The notes: generated by a model not told the origin, from the letters alone. Shown: positions 1-9,864, counted from the stretch's first letter. The stretch: DNA of 64,000 nt from an uncultured Nitrososphaerota archaeon (GCA_963838925.1 CAWISW010000002.1:128001-192000); one strand, 5' to 3'. A program made the numbers and translations.

Positions 1-351
1 CAGAAATATCTTAACTTCACGACTACCTCGGAGGTTCTGGCTTTTCAGCTTCAGCAGCTGCTCGCAAAGGTCGGAGTCGTGGCGACCCTCGAGAGGTCAG
101 AGCCGGAGAACAAGCTGCCATCCTATCATGTCGACGTATTCGGAAGATGGGCGATCAAGCTCGCAGCGATGTGGAAGATAGAGCTCGACTATCGCCCCAC
201 CAAACACGCAGACAAGTTCCACATCTCCGAGAACTACGTCTATCTTCCAATCAGGAAGATTGAGACGACTGAAGTGACAAACTACAGAGTGATGGACGTT
301 ACTGTCGATAATGACCACACATTCGCTCCTTTGGGGCTCGCGACCTCTAAC
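1..351 (+). mobile_element. Intein, C-terminal part with LAGLIDADG-type endonuclease remnant, in nuoI
   Basis: FTTTSEVLAFQLQQLLAKVGV resembles a DOD endonuclease block. VMDVTVDNDHTF resembles block F. The intein ends ATSN (349-351) and is followed by Cys+1 (352-354). Confidence 0.88.
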
Positions 352-528
352 TGCGTGGACGCCTGCCCCTTCGACGCCCTGTCGATGAGCAACGACTACG
401 AGCTCTCCGCCTACGACAAGGCCAGCCTGAAGTACACCCCTGACATGCTGATGCTTCCGCCGCCAGCCGAGCTCGGGACTGCCAAGGTCAAGTTCGACCC
501 GAAGAGGGGGACCGTGACCCATGGTTGA
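1..528 (+). CDS. nuoI: NADH-quinone oxidoreductase subunit I, 5'-truncated by the window edge and intein-containing
   Basis: Frame 1 is open from base 1. The C-extein CVDACPFDALSMSNDYEL matches the second 4Fe-4S motif of NuoI. The gene overlaps the nuoJ start. Confidence 0.88.
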   Translation, partial: QKYLNFTTTSEVLAFQLQQLLAKVGVVATLERSEPENKLPSYHVDVFGRWAIKLAAMWKIELDYRPTKHADKFHISENYVYLPIRKIETTEVTNYRVMDVTVDNDHTFAPLGLATSNCVDACPFDALSMSNDYELSAYDKASLKYTPDMLMLPPPAELGTAKVKFDPKRGTVTHG

Positions 529-1075
529 CGCGACGGACGCCGCGTTCATCGCCCTAACGGTAGTCACGCTCGGCGGAGCGATCATGGCCCTCGAGGCCAA
601 GGAGATAATCTATGGGGCTGTGGGCCTCGCGGGCAGCTTCTTCGGCGTCGCCTCGCTCTTCTTCCTCCTCGACTCCCCCTTTGTAGCGGTCTTCCAGATC
701 ACGGTCTACGTGGGGGCGGTCGCAGTCCTGGTCCTCTTCACGGTGATGCTCGTAAGGGAGGGGAGATGGTTCGGCGACTCCATGGGCCCTGCCGCGAGGG
801 TGGCCGCCGTGGTCACCGTCGCCGCCCTGGTGATCTCCCTCGTCTCCAGCTACATAGCCGCGGGCCTCTCGACTGCGAGCGAACAGCCGACCCCGCCCAG
901 CTTCGTGGGCATAGGGCAGCTCCTCACAGGGCAGTACGCCCCGGTCCTCGAGGTGCTCGCGCTCGTCCTGGCGGCCTCCGTCCTCGGTGCCCTCACGCTG
1001 GCCAAGGTCGAGCCTTCGGGCGAAGGCGGCTCGGTCACCAGGGCGCAGGGGCGCGACGAAGGGGAGAGGTCGTAG
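521..1075 (+). CDS. nuoJ: NADH-quinone oxidoreductase subunit J
   Basis: FQITVYVGAVAVLVLFTVML motif; hydrophobic; operon position. Confidence 0.93.
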   Translation: MVDATDAAFIALTVVTLGGAIMALEAKEIIYGAVGLAGSFFGVASLFFLLDSPFVAVFQITVYVGAVAVLVLFTVMLVREGRWFGDSMGPAARVAAVVTVAALVISLVSSYIAAGLSTASEQPTPPSFVGIGQLLTGQYAPVLEVLALVLAASVLGALTLAKVEPSGEGGSVTRAQGRDEGERS

Positions 1076-1081
1076 CGGCGA

Positions 1082-1390
1082 ATGGCGATCGCTCTCTCGG
1101 ACTACCTCATCGTCTCCGCGCTGCTCTTCGCGATCGGGGTCTACGGCCTCTTGACGAAGAGGAACGCCATGCGGCTGGTCTTCGCCGTGGAGATCCTCGT
1201 CAACTCCGCCAACATCAACTTCATCGCGTTCAACAGGTTCCTGTGGCCGGCCGCGGTAGGGCAGACTGCCGTTCTCTTCTCGATCGCCCTGGCGGCGGCC
1301 GAGGCGGCGGTTGTCCTGGCCATCGTCGTCGTCGCCTATAGGATCCACGACGACGTCGACGTCGCCGAGCTGAAGAACCTAAGAGGTTAG
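1082..1390 (+). CDS. nuoK: NADH-quinone oxidoreductase subunit K
   Basis: 102 aa, three TM helices, VEILVNSANIN and AAAEAAV motifs. Confidence 0.95.
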   Translation: MAIALSDYLIVSALLFAIGVYGLLTKRNAMRLVFAVEILVNSANINFIAFNRFLWPAAVGQTAVLFSIALAAAEAAVVLAIVVVAYRIHDDVDVAELKNLRG

Positions 1391-1496
1391 GCCACTTGGA
1401 TATGACGCTAGTTCCCGAATCCTTAGTGTGTGCAGTGGGGGGAGAAAGTTCACAGAGCCCCGTCGTCGGTGATGGAGTGACAAGGTCCTGACCGAG

Positions 1497-3005
1497 GTGC
1501 CCTACGCGCTCCTGCAGGTGGTCCTCGTGCCACTGGTCGCCGCCGTGGCCTCTTTCGCGCTCGGGGGCAGGCTGGGAAGGCACGTGGGCTGGATAGCGTT
1601 CGCGTCCCTGGTGTACTCCTCGCTCCTGCTCCTGTCAGTTGGGGTCGGTCTGTACGGAGGCGGCGCTCCTCTGTCAGAGACCTACACGTGGGCGCCAGCA
1701 GCCGGGCTGAGCTTCGGCTTCCTGGCAGACGGGCTCAGCCTACCCGTGGCCCTCGTCATGTCGCTCGTGTGCGCCGCCACCGCCGTCTACTCGATGCCAT
1801 ACATGCGGCACAGGTTCGAGGACCAAAGCGGCGGGGATGACAAGCGCCGGTTCGGAGTCTACTACCTCAACTTCGTCCTAGTGGTGACAGGGCTCCTCGG
1901 GGTCTCGCTCTCGACCAACCTGATCGAGCTCTACCTCTTCGTGGAGCTTATGCTCATCCCGACTTTCTTCCTCCTCGGCCTCTTCGGCTACGTGCAGAAG
2001 GGAAGGGTCGCGATAATGTACTTCGTCTGGAACCAGCTGGGGGCGTTCATCTTTCTGGTGGGGATACTCGTCGCATACTCGGCGACCGGGAGCTTCGCCG
2101 TGTCCTCGCTCGCGAGCCTGGGGACCGGCTCCTCGCTCGCCTACTGGGTCTTCTTCCTCGTCATGCTGGGGTGGTTCGTCAAGATGGGCGTCTTCGGAGT
2201 GCACATGTGGCTTCCCACTGCCGAGGCCGAGCCCCCGTCCTCCTTCGCCCCGATAATGGCGACGGCGGTGGGCGTCGGGAACTACGTCGTCGCTCGGCTG
2301 CTCGTCCAGTACATGCCCACGGTATTCCAGAGCTTCTCCGTCCCCTTCATGGTCGTCGCGCTCCTGACGATGGTGTTCGGCGGGGCGATGACGCTGGTCC
2401 AGGACGACGTCAAGTACCTCTTCGCCTGGTCCACCATGAGCCAGAACGCGTACTCCCTCCTCGGGATAGGGAGCCTCACGGTCCTCGGCATGTCGGGCGG
2501 CGTCTTCTACTTCCTCAGTCACATCCTCGGAAAGTGCATCCTCTTCTCCGTCGCCGGCATCCTGCTCGTCAGGACCGGGACTCGCGACATGAAGCAGATG
2601 GGGGGGCTCGCAAGCAAGATGCCGGTGACCGCCGCGCTCTGCCTCATAGGCGGGCTCATACTCTCCGCCGTGCCTCCGACGAGCGGCTTCCAGGCAGAGT
2701 GGATAATGTTCGCCGGGATCTTCTTCCAGGGCGCCAATGGCGTCACCACGAACCTCGTCATCGCGTTGCTGGGCATCATCGCCACCGCACTGACCGTCGC
2801 GTACACCTTCTGGCCTGTGAGGAGGATATTCTTCGGGGCCCTTCCCGCGCACCTCCAGGGGGTCACAGAGGCGCCGCTCTCCATGACAGTCCCCCTCCTC
2901 GCGCTCGCCGCGATCTCGATCCTCCTCGGGATCTATCCTGACCTCGTGACCAAGATGCTGGTCAACTTCGCCAGCTCGCTGCCGTTCTTGAAGGGAGGCA
3001 TTTGA
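1497..3005 (+). CDS. nuoM: NADH-quinone oxidoreductase subunit M, copy 1
   Basis: Antiporter-like subunit: LFVELMLIP, VKMGVFGVHMWLP, GFQAEW. Confidence 0.85.
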   Translation: MPYALLQVVLVPLVAAVASFALGGRLGRHVGWIAFASLVYSSLLLLSVGVGLYGGGAPLSETYTWAPAAGLSFGFLADGLSLPVALVMSLVCAATAVYSMPYMRHRFEDQSGGDDKRRFGVYYLNFVLVVTGLLGVSLSTNLIELYLFVELMLIPTFFLLGLFGYVQKGRVAIMYFVWNQLGAFIFLVGILVAYSATGSFAVSSLASLGTGSSLAYWVFFLVMLGWFVKMGVFGVHMWLPTAEAEPPSSFAPIMATAVGVGNYVVARLLVQYMPTVFQSFSVPFMVVALLTMVFGGAMTLVQDDVKYLFAWSTMSQNAYSLLGIGSLTVLGMSGGVFYFLSHILGKCILFSVAGILLVRTGTRDMKQMGGLASKMPVTAALCLIGGLILSAVPPTSGFQAEWIMFAGIFFQGANGVTTNLVIALLGIIATALTVAYTFWPVRRIFFGALPAHLQGVTEAPLSMTVPLLALAAISILLGIYPDLVTKMLVNFASSLPFLKGGI

Positions 3006-3006
3006 G

Positions 3007-5148
3007 ATGGCGCCGGCTACCGCTTCCATCCCCTCGATCTACGTGTGGCTCGTCGTCATCTTCCCGTTCGTGGGCGCCCTCCTCACGCCTCTCCTCGCCA
3101 GGCTCGGCGGCAGGGTGAGGGACTACGCGGCGGTAGCCTTCACCGGCCTCTCCGCGCTCTTCTCCTTCCTGCTGCTCGTACCCGTCCTGCAGGGAGAGAC
3201 CCTCTCGGTCTACAACTCAGTCATCCCGACTTCCGTGCCCTGGATCTCCGAGCTGGGGATCAACATGGGCGTCCTCTACGACCCTTTCACGATAATCATC
3301 GTCAACGTGGTCACCTTGATCGGGTTCCTCATCATGGTCTACAGCCTCGACTACATGAGGGGCGAGCACGGCCTCACCCGCTACTGGTTCTTCATGAACT
3401 TCTTCCTGGGGAACATGCTCCTGATCGTCCTCTCGAACAACCTCCTCTCGCTCTTCATAGGCTGGGAGGGAGTCGGCCTCTGCAGCTACGCGCTGATAGG
3501 CTTCCACTATGGAGACGAGGAGGCCAACTGGGTCGGCACGCCCGGGCAGAAGACCCTCGGGGAGGAGCAGGCCTACTCGCCGTCGCACGCGGGGATGAAG
3601 GCGTTCGTCATGACCAGGATAGGGGACGTGGCCATGCTGGTAGGCCTCTTCCTCGTGTTCATCTACGCTCACACCTTCAGCTTCCAGGCCCTGGCCAGCA
3701 GCAACTCGTGGGCTACCTCCCTCTCCAACGCGGGGTTGCTCGTGCCCGCTGCGCTCCTGCTCTTCGGCGGCGCCATCGGAAAGTCCGCCCAGTTCCCGCT
3801 CCAGGAGTGGCTTCCCGACGCGATGGCAGGCCCTGCGCCGGTCTCCGCGCTCATCCATGCCGCGACGATGGTCAACGCCGGAGTGGTCCTGGTGGCAAGG
3901 ATCGGCCCCATCTTCTACTTCGCGATGGAGGCGAACCCCTCACTCGTGCAGCCGTTCTTCACGACCGTGGCGTGGATGGGGGCGATCACGGCGTTCCTCA
4001 TGGCGACCCAGGGGATGGTGGGGTTCGAGCTCAAGAAGATACTCGCGTACTCGACGGCCTCGCAGATAGGATACATGATAATGGCCCTGGGGATCGCGGG
4101 CCTCTCAACAAACTTCCCCCTGGGCCTCTCCGCGGGACTCTTCCAGCTCATGTCCCACGCCATCTTCAAGGCGTGCCTCTTCATGGCCGCCGGGGTCCTC
4201 ATCCACGTCACGGGGACCAAGTACGTCAGCGGCATGGGAGGCCTCAAGGACAAGATGAAGCTCACGTTCGCGGTCTTCCTCATCGCGGCCGCCTCCCTTT
4301 CAGGCATCCCTCCGTTCGGCGGATTCTGGAGCAAGGAAGAGGTCCTTGAGGCCGCCTGGACCTCGGGGCAGTGGGGGCTCTTCGCGGTCGGCGCGCTGAC
4401 GGCGGGGATAACCGCATTCTACACCTTCAGGATGCTTGGCCTCATCTTCTACGGGAAGGGCAGCGACCACGCCTCCGAGCACGAGCCCCACGAGGTAGGC
4501 CCGCTCGGTTGGGTCCCATACGCGATCCTCGGGGTGATGACGGTGGTCCTAGGAGTGCTCTCGCCCCTGTTGAACATCGACGGGGCGCTGCAGAGCGCCG
4601 CGGTCACATACATCCACGGGCTGTACCCAGGGGCCGCGCTCCCGGGCGTCCCCACCTCCCTGTCTCTCGACCTGGCTTCGACCGGCATCTCCTTCGCGTT
4701 CGTCCTGGTCGGACTCGTGGCGGCCTACACGCTCTACATCGCCAGGCGCGTCGAGCCGAGCAGCCTCGTCGGGCAGACCGGCTTCATGCACGGGATCTAC
4801 AGGTTCCTGGAGAACAGGTGGTACCTGAACGCGATCTACTACAGGGTCTTCGTCGACCCTCTCATCTCCGCCTCGAGGTGGCTCCTCGCAGGCTTCGAGC
4901 TCAACGGGCTCGAGAGGGTCAACTCGGGCACGGCCGCGCTATGGGTCTACATCTCCCGGGCAGGGAACTGGGTCGACGGCAGAGTGATCGACACCTTGGC
5001 GACCGACGTGGCGATCGACGGTGAGGCGATCTCGAGGGCGCTGAGGCGGATCCAGAACGGCGTTCTCGAGAGATACGCGCTCATCTTCTCGATAGGCCTC
5101 GCGACAATCCTCATCCTGTTCATCCTGGCGACGGGGGTCCTGGGCTAG
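3007..5148 (+). CDS. nuoL: NADH-quinone oxidoreductase subunit L
   Basis: GWEGVGLCSYALIG, GKSAQFPLQEWLPDAMAGPAPVSALIHAATMV, HAIFKA; C-terminal amphipathic helix. Confidence 0.96.
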   Translation: MAPATASIPSIYVWLVVIFPFVGALLTPLLARLGGRVRDYAAVAFTGLSALFSFLLLVPVLQGETLSVYNSVIPTSVPWISELGINMGVLYDPFTIIIVNVVTLIGFLIMVYSLDYMRGEHGLTRYWFFMNFFLGNMLLIVLSNNLLSLFIGWEGVGLCSYALIGFHYGDEEANWVGTPGQKTLGEEQAYSPSHAGMKAFVMTRIGDVAMLVGLFLVFIYAHTFSFQALASSNSWATSLSNAGLLVPAALLLFGGAIGKSAQFPLQEWLPDAMAGPAPVSALIHAATMVNAGVVLVARIGPIFYFAMEANPSLVQPFFTTVAWMGAITAFLMATQGMVGFELKKILAYSTASQIGYMIMALGIAGLSTNFPLGLSAGLFQLMSHAIFKACLFMAAGVLIHVTGTKYVSGMGGLKDKMKLTFAVFLIAAASLSGIPPFGGFWSKEEVLEAAWTSGQWGLFAVGALTAGITAFYTFRMLGLIFYGKGSDHASEHEPHEVGPLGWVPYAILGVMTVVLGVLSPLLNIDGALQSAAVTYIHGLYPGAALPGVPTSLSLDLASTGISFAFVLVGLVAAYTLYIARRVEPSSLVGQTGFMHGIYRFLENRWYLNAIYYRVFVDPLISASRWLLAGFELNGLERVNSGTAALWVYISRAGNWVDGRVIDTLATDVAIDGEAISRALRRIQNGVLERYALIFSIGLATILILFILATGVLG

Positions 5149-5150
5149 CG

Positions 5151-6662
5151 ATGAGCTTCGTCCTCTCCCTGCTAATCCTCCTCCCCCTCTTGGGGAGCGC
5201 CGTCACCTACGCTCTCTCCAGCCTCGGGTCGGGAAGGAAGACGGCACCCTACCTCGCGGCTGGGTTCGCCTGCGCGACTCTCCTCATTGCGGGCTACGCC
5301 TTCTGGTCTGTCTACTCGAGCACCCCCGCCCTCGGGCAATACGCACTGACCGAGGACCACCCATGGATCACCCTCCCTGGGTTCGGGGTGGACATACTCC
5401 TCGGGCTCGACGGTCTTAGCGCGCCGCTCGTCCTCGTCTCATCAATCGTCGCGGTACTGTCGATCCTGAGCTCGAGGTCTCTGATAGCCAAGAGGGAGCC
5501 CGCGTACTACGCGCTCCTCCTCCTGGTCGAGGCCTCGGTGATGGGCGCGTTCACGTCTCTCAACCTCATCGTGTTCTACCTATTCTGGGAGCTGACCCTC
5601 ATCCCGATGTTCTTCCTCATCGGGGTGTGGGGAGGCGACAGGAGGAAGTACGCCGCTCTGAAGTTCATCATCTACACGTTCGCAGGGAGCGCAGTGATGC
5701 TCCTCGGGTTCCTCGCCCTTTACTTCGGCGTGTCGCCCTCGACCTTCGACATCCCCAACCTCGTGGGGAAGATACCCGCGGGGCTGCAGTACCTCCCTCT
5801 CCTTGCCGTCTTCGTAGGCTTCGCGGTCGAGCTCCCCGTCTTCCCCTTCCATAGCTGGCAGCCCGACGCATACGAGCAGGCTCCCGCCCCGGTCAACTCG
5901 CTCCTCTCGGGCATCCTTCCAAAGTTCGCGGGGTACGCCGTGATCAGGATCGGTCTCGGCCTCTTCCCGCAGGCCGCCTTCCAGTACGCTTGGGCCTTCA
6001 TCCTGGTGGCTGTGGTCTCCATGTTCTACGGCGCGGTGGTGGCCCTCCTCCAGAGCGACCTGAAGCGGATGTTCGCCTACACCAGCATCAGCCACATGGG
6101 ATTCGTCCTCTTCGGTGCGTTCGCGACCGTCGCCTCCGGCAACCCCCTCGGGATAGAGGGAGCGATCTTCCTCATGTTCACTCACGCCCTGGCGGTCGGC
6201 GGGCTCTTCACCATCTCGGGGTTCGCGGAGAAGCTCTCTGGGAGCAGGGAGATTCCGCTCCTCGGGGGGATGCGGCGCCAGGCTCCCCTGCTCGCCGCCC
6301 TGCTGGCGGTCTCCAGTTGCGCCATGATGGGCATCCCGCCCTTCGCCAGCTTCCTCGCCGAACTGATGGTCATCTCCGGAGGGATCTCCGCCTACTCCTC
6401 GACCGCAATCACGGTCCTGGTGCCTGTGATAACCGGGGGCTACTTCCTCTGGATGCTGAAGCGGGTCGTCGTCGACCCCGCGCCCCAGGCAGCCGAGGGC
6501 GGGAAGGCCGCATCTGACGTCTCGACGGCGGACGCCACGATAATCGCGCTCTACCTCGTCCCCCTGATCCTCCTCACGATCTTCTCCTTCGTCGTTCTCA
6601 CGCCAGCCGCTCCTGTCGCACAGTGGACCGCGAACCTCGTACACGGAACGGTGCACCCATGA
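5151..6662 (+). CDS. nuoM: NADH-quinone oxidoreductase subunit M, copy 2
   Basis: FYLFWELTLIPMFFLIGVWG, YAALKFIIYT, AYTSISHMG, FLAEL. Confidence 0.92.
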   Translation: MSFVLSLLILLPLLGSAVTYALSSLGSGRKTAPYLAAGFACATLLIAGYAFWSVYSSTPALGQYALTEDHPWITLPGFGVDILLGLDGLSAPLVLVSSIVAVLSILSSRSLIAKREPAYYALLLLVEASVMGAFTSLNLIVFYLFWELTLIPMFFLIGVWGGDRRKYAALKFIIYTFAGSAVMLLGFLALYFGVSPSTFDIPNLVGKIPAGLQYLPLLAVFVGFAVELPVFPFHSWQPDAYEQAPAPVNSLLSGILPKFAGYAVIRIGLGLFPQAAFQYAWAFILVAVVSMFYGAVVALLQSDLKRMFAYTSISHMGFVLFGAFATVASGNPLGIEGAIFLMFTHALAVGGLFTISGFAEKLSGSREIPLLGGMRRQAPLLAALLAVSSCAMMGIPPFASFLAELMVISGGISAYSSTAITVLVPVITGGYFLWMLKRVVVDPAPQAAEGGKAASDVSTADATIIALYLVPLILLTIFSFVVLTPAAPVAQWTANLVHGTVHP

Positions 6663-8155
6663 TGGCGGACTACATCCTCTTTGCCGTGGTCTCCCTTTCC
6701 GCCGCGGCTCTCGGAGTCCCGTTCCTCCAGTTCGCTGGCAAGCGGGGGAACCTCCCAGGCTACCTCCTCATCGCCGCGCTCCTCGCGGCCCTCGCGTTCA
6801 CAGTCCTCAACGCGGCCACCGGCTCGACCAGCTCCGCGCCCTTCGGGACGCTCCTCACCTCTGACCAGCTGGGCAACCTGTTCGCGATCCTGACGGTCTT
6901 CGTGACGCTCTTCGTCGCTGCCGCGTCGCTCACGCTGGTCCCCTCGGGCCGCTCGAGCAACACCCCGCTCTACTACTCGCTCCTCTCGTTCGCGGCGCTC
7001 GGGATGCTCCTCATCTCTTACTCAACCGACCTGCTCATGCTCTTCGTCGCCTGGGAGCTCATGAGCATCCCGACCTACGCCCTAGCCGGCTTCCAGAAGG
7101 ACAAGGAGGAGTCCAACGAGGCCGCCGTAAAGTACGCCGTGCTCGGCGCTCTCTCTTCCGCGATCATTCTGTACGCCATCAGCCTCACCTACGGGCTGAC
7201 CGGGACGACAGGTATCGCCGCCGCAGCGGCCTCTCTGGGCTCGCAGCTCACCAACCCCGTCGCAGGCTTGGCCGTGCTGCTGTTCATCGTGGGCTTTGGG
7301 TTCAAGATGTCGATCGTTCCCTTCCACATGTGGGCCCCCGACGCCTACGAGGGCGCCCCCACCCCGATCGCGGCCCTCTTCGCGGCGGGCACGAAGAAGG
7401 CAGGGTTCGTCGCCACGATAAGGGTCGTCCTCGCGATCTCCACGGTCTACTCGCTCGCCCCGCACGGCGGACTCTTCACCATCCCCAACGTCCTCGCCGT
7501 CCTGGCCCTCGCCACCATGACGCTGGGAAACCTCGCCGCGCTCACGCAGAAGAGCATGACACGCCTCCTCGCGTATTCCAGCATTGCCCAGGCGGGCTAC
7601 ATCCTGATCGGCTTCGTGATCTACTCCTACGGACAGGGGGACCCGGCCTTCGCCCAGCAGGCCCAGATAGGGCTCACGGGAGCGCTCTTCCATATCATCA
7701 ACCACTCCGTGATGAAGGGGGCGGCCTTCCTGGGCGCGGGGCTGGTCATACTCAAGCTGGGCAGCGGGAGCGTGGAGACATTCAACGGGCTGGGAAAGAG
7801 GATGCCGGTTACGGCATTCAGCATGGCCGTCGCCTTCCTCGCGCTCGCGGGGGTGCCGCCGTTGAGCGGCTTCTGGAGCAAGCTGCTCCTCTTCACCTCG
7901 GTCCTCAACGGGCCGTACGCGTGGCTGGCGGTCGCCGGCGTCCTGAACAGCGCCCTCAGCATGGGCTACTACGGATGGGCGATCAAGCGGATGTACATGG
8001 ACGAGCCGGACGGCGAGTCCAGCCGCGTCGAGGAGCCGCTCTCGTTCGTCCTGGTGCTTGGCGTCCTGGTGGCCCTCATAATCGCCTTCGGAATATTCCC
8101 GGGGCCGTTGATCTCATTCGCACAGAACGCCGTGCCGGCGCTGGCAGCCCCCTAG
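6659..8155 (+). CDS. nuoN: NADH-quinone oxidoreductase subunit N
   Basis: WELMSIPTY, SNEAAVKY, GFKMSIVPFHMWAPDAYEGAP; ATGA overlap with the nuoM stop places the start at 6659. Confidence 0.94.
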   Translation: MMADYILFAVVSLSAAALGVPFLQFAGKRGNLPGYLLIAALLAALAFTVLNAATGSTSSAPFGTLLTSDQLGNLFAILTVFVTLFVAAASLTLVPSGRSSNTPLYYSLLSFAALGMLLISYSTDLLMLFVAWELMSIPTYALAGFQKDKEESNEAAVKYAVLGALSSAIILYAISLTYGLTGTTGIAAAAASLGSQLTNPVAGLAVLLFIVGFGFKMSIVPFHMWAPDAYEGAPTPIAALFAAGTKKAGFVATIRVVLAISTVYSLAPHGGLFTIPNVLAVLALATMTLGNLAALTQKSMTRLLAYSSIAQAGYILIGFVIYSYGQGDPAFAQQAQIGLTGALFHIINHSVMKGAAFLGAGLVILKLGSGSVETFNGLGKRMPVTAFSMAVAFLALAGVPPLSGFWSKLLLFTSVLNGPYAWLAVAGVLNSALSMGYYGWAIKRMYMDEPDGESSRVEEPLSFVLVLGVLVALIIAFGIFPGPLISFAQNAVPALAAP

Positions 8156-8159
8156 GCGT

Positions 8160-9020
8160 CTAAAAGTCCCGCTTGACTGAAAAGTCTGTGAGCTCCATGA
8201 GGAGCGAGGTGGCGTCGCTCTTCCCGAGCAGGGAGAGCCTGTCCTTCGCCTTCTTCGCGTAGGAGTCGGTCATCGCCTGCAGCCGGTCCAGGAGCGCCCT
8301 CTCGTCGCCCCTCCGCCTCAGCGCCGCCGTGATCTTGTCTTCCGTCCCCCAATCGAGGATGTCGTCGTGGGCCTGGTATGCTATCCCCAAGAACCTGCCG
8401 TATTCTGTGAGCGCTTCCAGCTTCTCCGGCGAAGCCCCGCCTACGAGCGCTCCCAACCTCACCGCGGTCTCGAAGAGCGCCGCGGTCTTCTTGGAGATCA
8501 CCTCCAGGTACTCGTCCCACTCGAGCTTGTAGACCTCAGGGTCGATCGTCAGTTCGGCGTACTCCCCCTCGCACATGTTCATTGCCGCGTTGCTTATCGT
8601 CGTCGCGACCCTCCGGTCGGGATACCTCGCCGCAATCGCGAGTATCATAGCGAACACAAAGTCCGCCGTTAGGAGCGAGGTGCTGTACCCATATCGCACG
8701 TGGAACGCGGCCCTCCCTCTCCTGGAAGCCTCTTGGTCGATTATGTCGTCGTGGATTATCGACTCGGCGTGGAGGAGCTCGACGGCGACCGCGGCGTCAA
8801 GGACCACGTCGTCGTCAGCGTGCCCCACGGCTTCAGCGGCCAGGAGCAGCACAAGAGGCCTGATGCGCTTCCCACCGTCGAGAGCGTACCTCAGCGGCCC
8901 GTGGAACCGGGAGTCCGAGTACCTGCTCAGCTCTCTCTCTATGGCACCGTTGATTCTTTCGAGATGCTGCTTGGTCTTGACCTCTATCCTGTCTAGGAAC
9001 TCTAGGTCTTTCTTGGCCAA
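8160..9020 (-). CDS. Trans-polyprenyl diphosphate synthase
   Basis: GGKRIRP, first Asp-rich motif IHDDIID..RRG, second motif QAHDDILD; probable TTG start at 9020. Confidence 0.92.
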   Translation of the reverse strand: MAKKDLEFLDRIEVKTKQHLERINGAIERELSRYSDSRFHGPLRYALDGGKRIRPLVLLLAAEAVGHADDDVVLDAAVAVELLHAESIIHDDIIDQEASRRGRAAFHVRYGYSTSLLTADFVFAMILAIAARYPDRRVATTISNAAMNMCEGEYAELTIDPEVYKLEWDEYLEVISKKTAALFETAVRLGALVGGASPEKLEALTEYGRFLGIAYQAHDDILDWGTEDKITAALRRRGDERALLDRLQAMTDSYAKKAKDRLSLLGKSDATSLLMELTDFSVKRDF

Positions 9021-9051
9021 TAGTGCGGGACCGGTGCGCAACAGGCCCGCG

Positions 9052-9069
9052 TGATATATATAATATTTT
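9052..9069. promoter_or_regulatory. AT-rich divergent promoter (TATA-like)
   Basis: TGATATATATAATATTTT between divergent genes in a GC-rich background. Confidence 0.55.
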
Positions 9070-9080
9070 GCGGGTTTGTG

Positions 9081-9806
9081 ATGCCGATGCTCCGATTCCG
9101 CCTCCACCAGCTCTACCTGCCCTCGCTTGGTAGGTACCTGCTCCCTCTCCCGAAGCTGACAAGCGCCCAAGTGTCCCTCCTCTCCGCCCATCTGGAAGGA
9201 GAGGGCTTCCGCCTCTCGGTCGGAGCGGATCCCCGCAGGCTGACGGCGATGAAGTACAGGCAGCGCATCACGATCGACGGTGGGCTCGGGCTCGCGTCGT
9301 CCGGCTCTGACGTGCTGGACGCACTCGGCCCTGCAGTCCCTGAGCTGCTCTCCTCTGAAAGGTCGGAGTCTGGCAAAGTGGGCTCAAAGGCCACGGCGTA
9401 CTTCTCGTTGAAGAGGTCTGGGGGTTCGACGGAGCTCCAATTCTTCCCACGGATGGAGTCGCTGAGGACCTGGACTTGCCTGCGCAAGGACGGGTTGTGC
9501 GGGCTCACGCCCGACGAGGCGGTGGTCCTCAACCATCTCTTGGGGAAGGCTTCTGGCACTTCCTCGGTTGAGTGCGTCACCGCAAGGCCGAGGGACGGTT
9601 CGAAGCCTCTCCAGTTCGGCAAGAACGTCTACTACAAGTCGACGGTTCGCGTGAAGGAGTTCCTCTCCTCGCTCAGAACGATCGAATCCGGGGGGGAGCA
9701 ATCCGACTCCTTCCTCCCTAGGGACTCGGTCATGGCCGTGGCGCACGCGCATGTGGAGACTCGCCTAGACAGGGCAGAGCTAGGCGAGTGGTGTTTCTTT
9801 CAGTAG
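9081..9806 (+). CDS. Hypothetical protein
   Basis: Fills the gap between the promoter and tRNA-Glu; no recognised motif. Confidence 0.65.
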   Translation: MPMLRFRLHQLYLPSLGRYLLPLPKLTSAQVSLLSAHLEGEGFRLSVGADPRRLTAMKYRQRITIDGGLGLASSGSDVLDALGPAVPELLSSERSESGKVGSKATAYFSLKRSGGSTELQFFPRMESLRTWTCLRKDGLCGLTPDEAVVLNHLLGKASGTSSVECVTARPRDGSKPLQFGKNVYYKSTVRVKEFLSSLRTIESGGEQSDSFLPRDSVMAVAHAHVETRLDRAELGEWCFFQ

Positions 9807-9864
9807 CCGGCTCCCCGACGCCCAGAAACCTCTAATTGGTGCTCGCGGGAGCCACGAGCCAAGG

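Noticed and set aside
1878-8163. Long antisense and alternate-frame ORFs over the nuo genes (also over the ABC and tubulin genes)
   Set aside because: These are high-GC shadow ORFs with Arg/Gly/Pro-rich composition and no motifs
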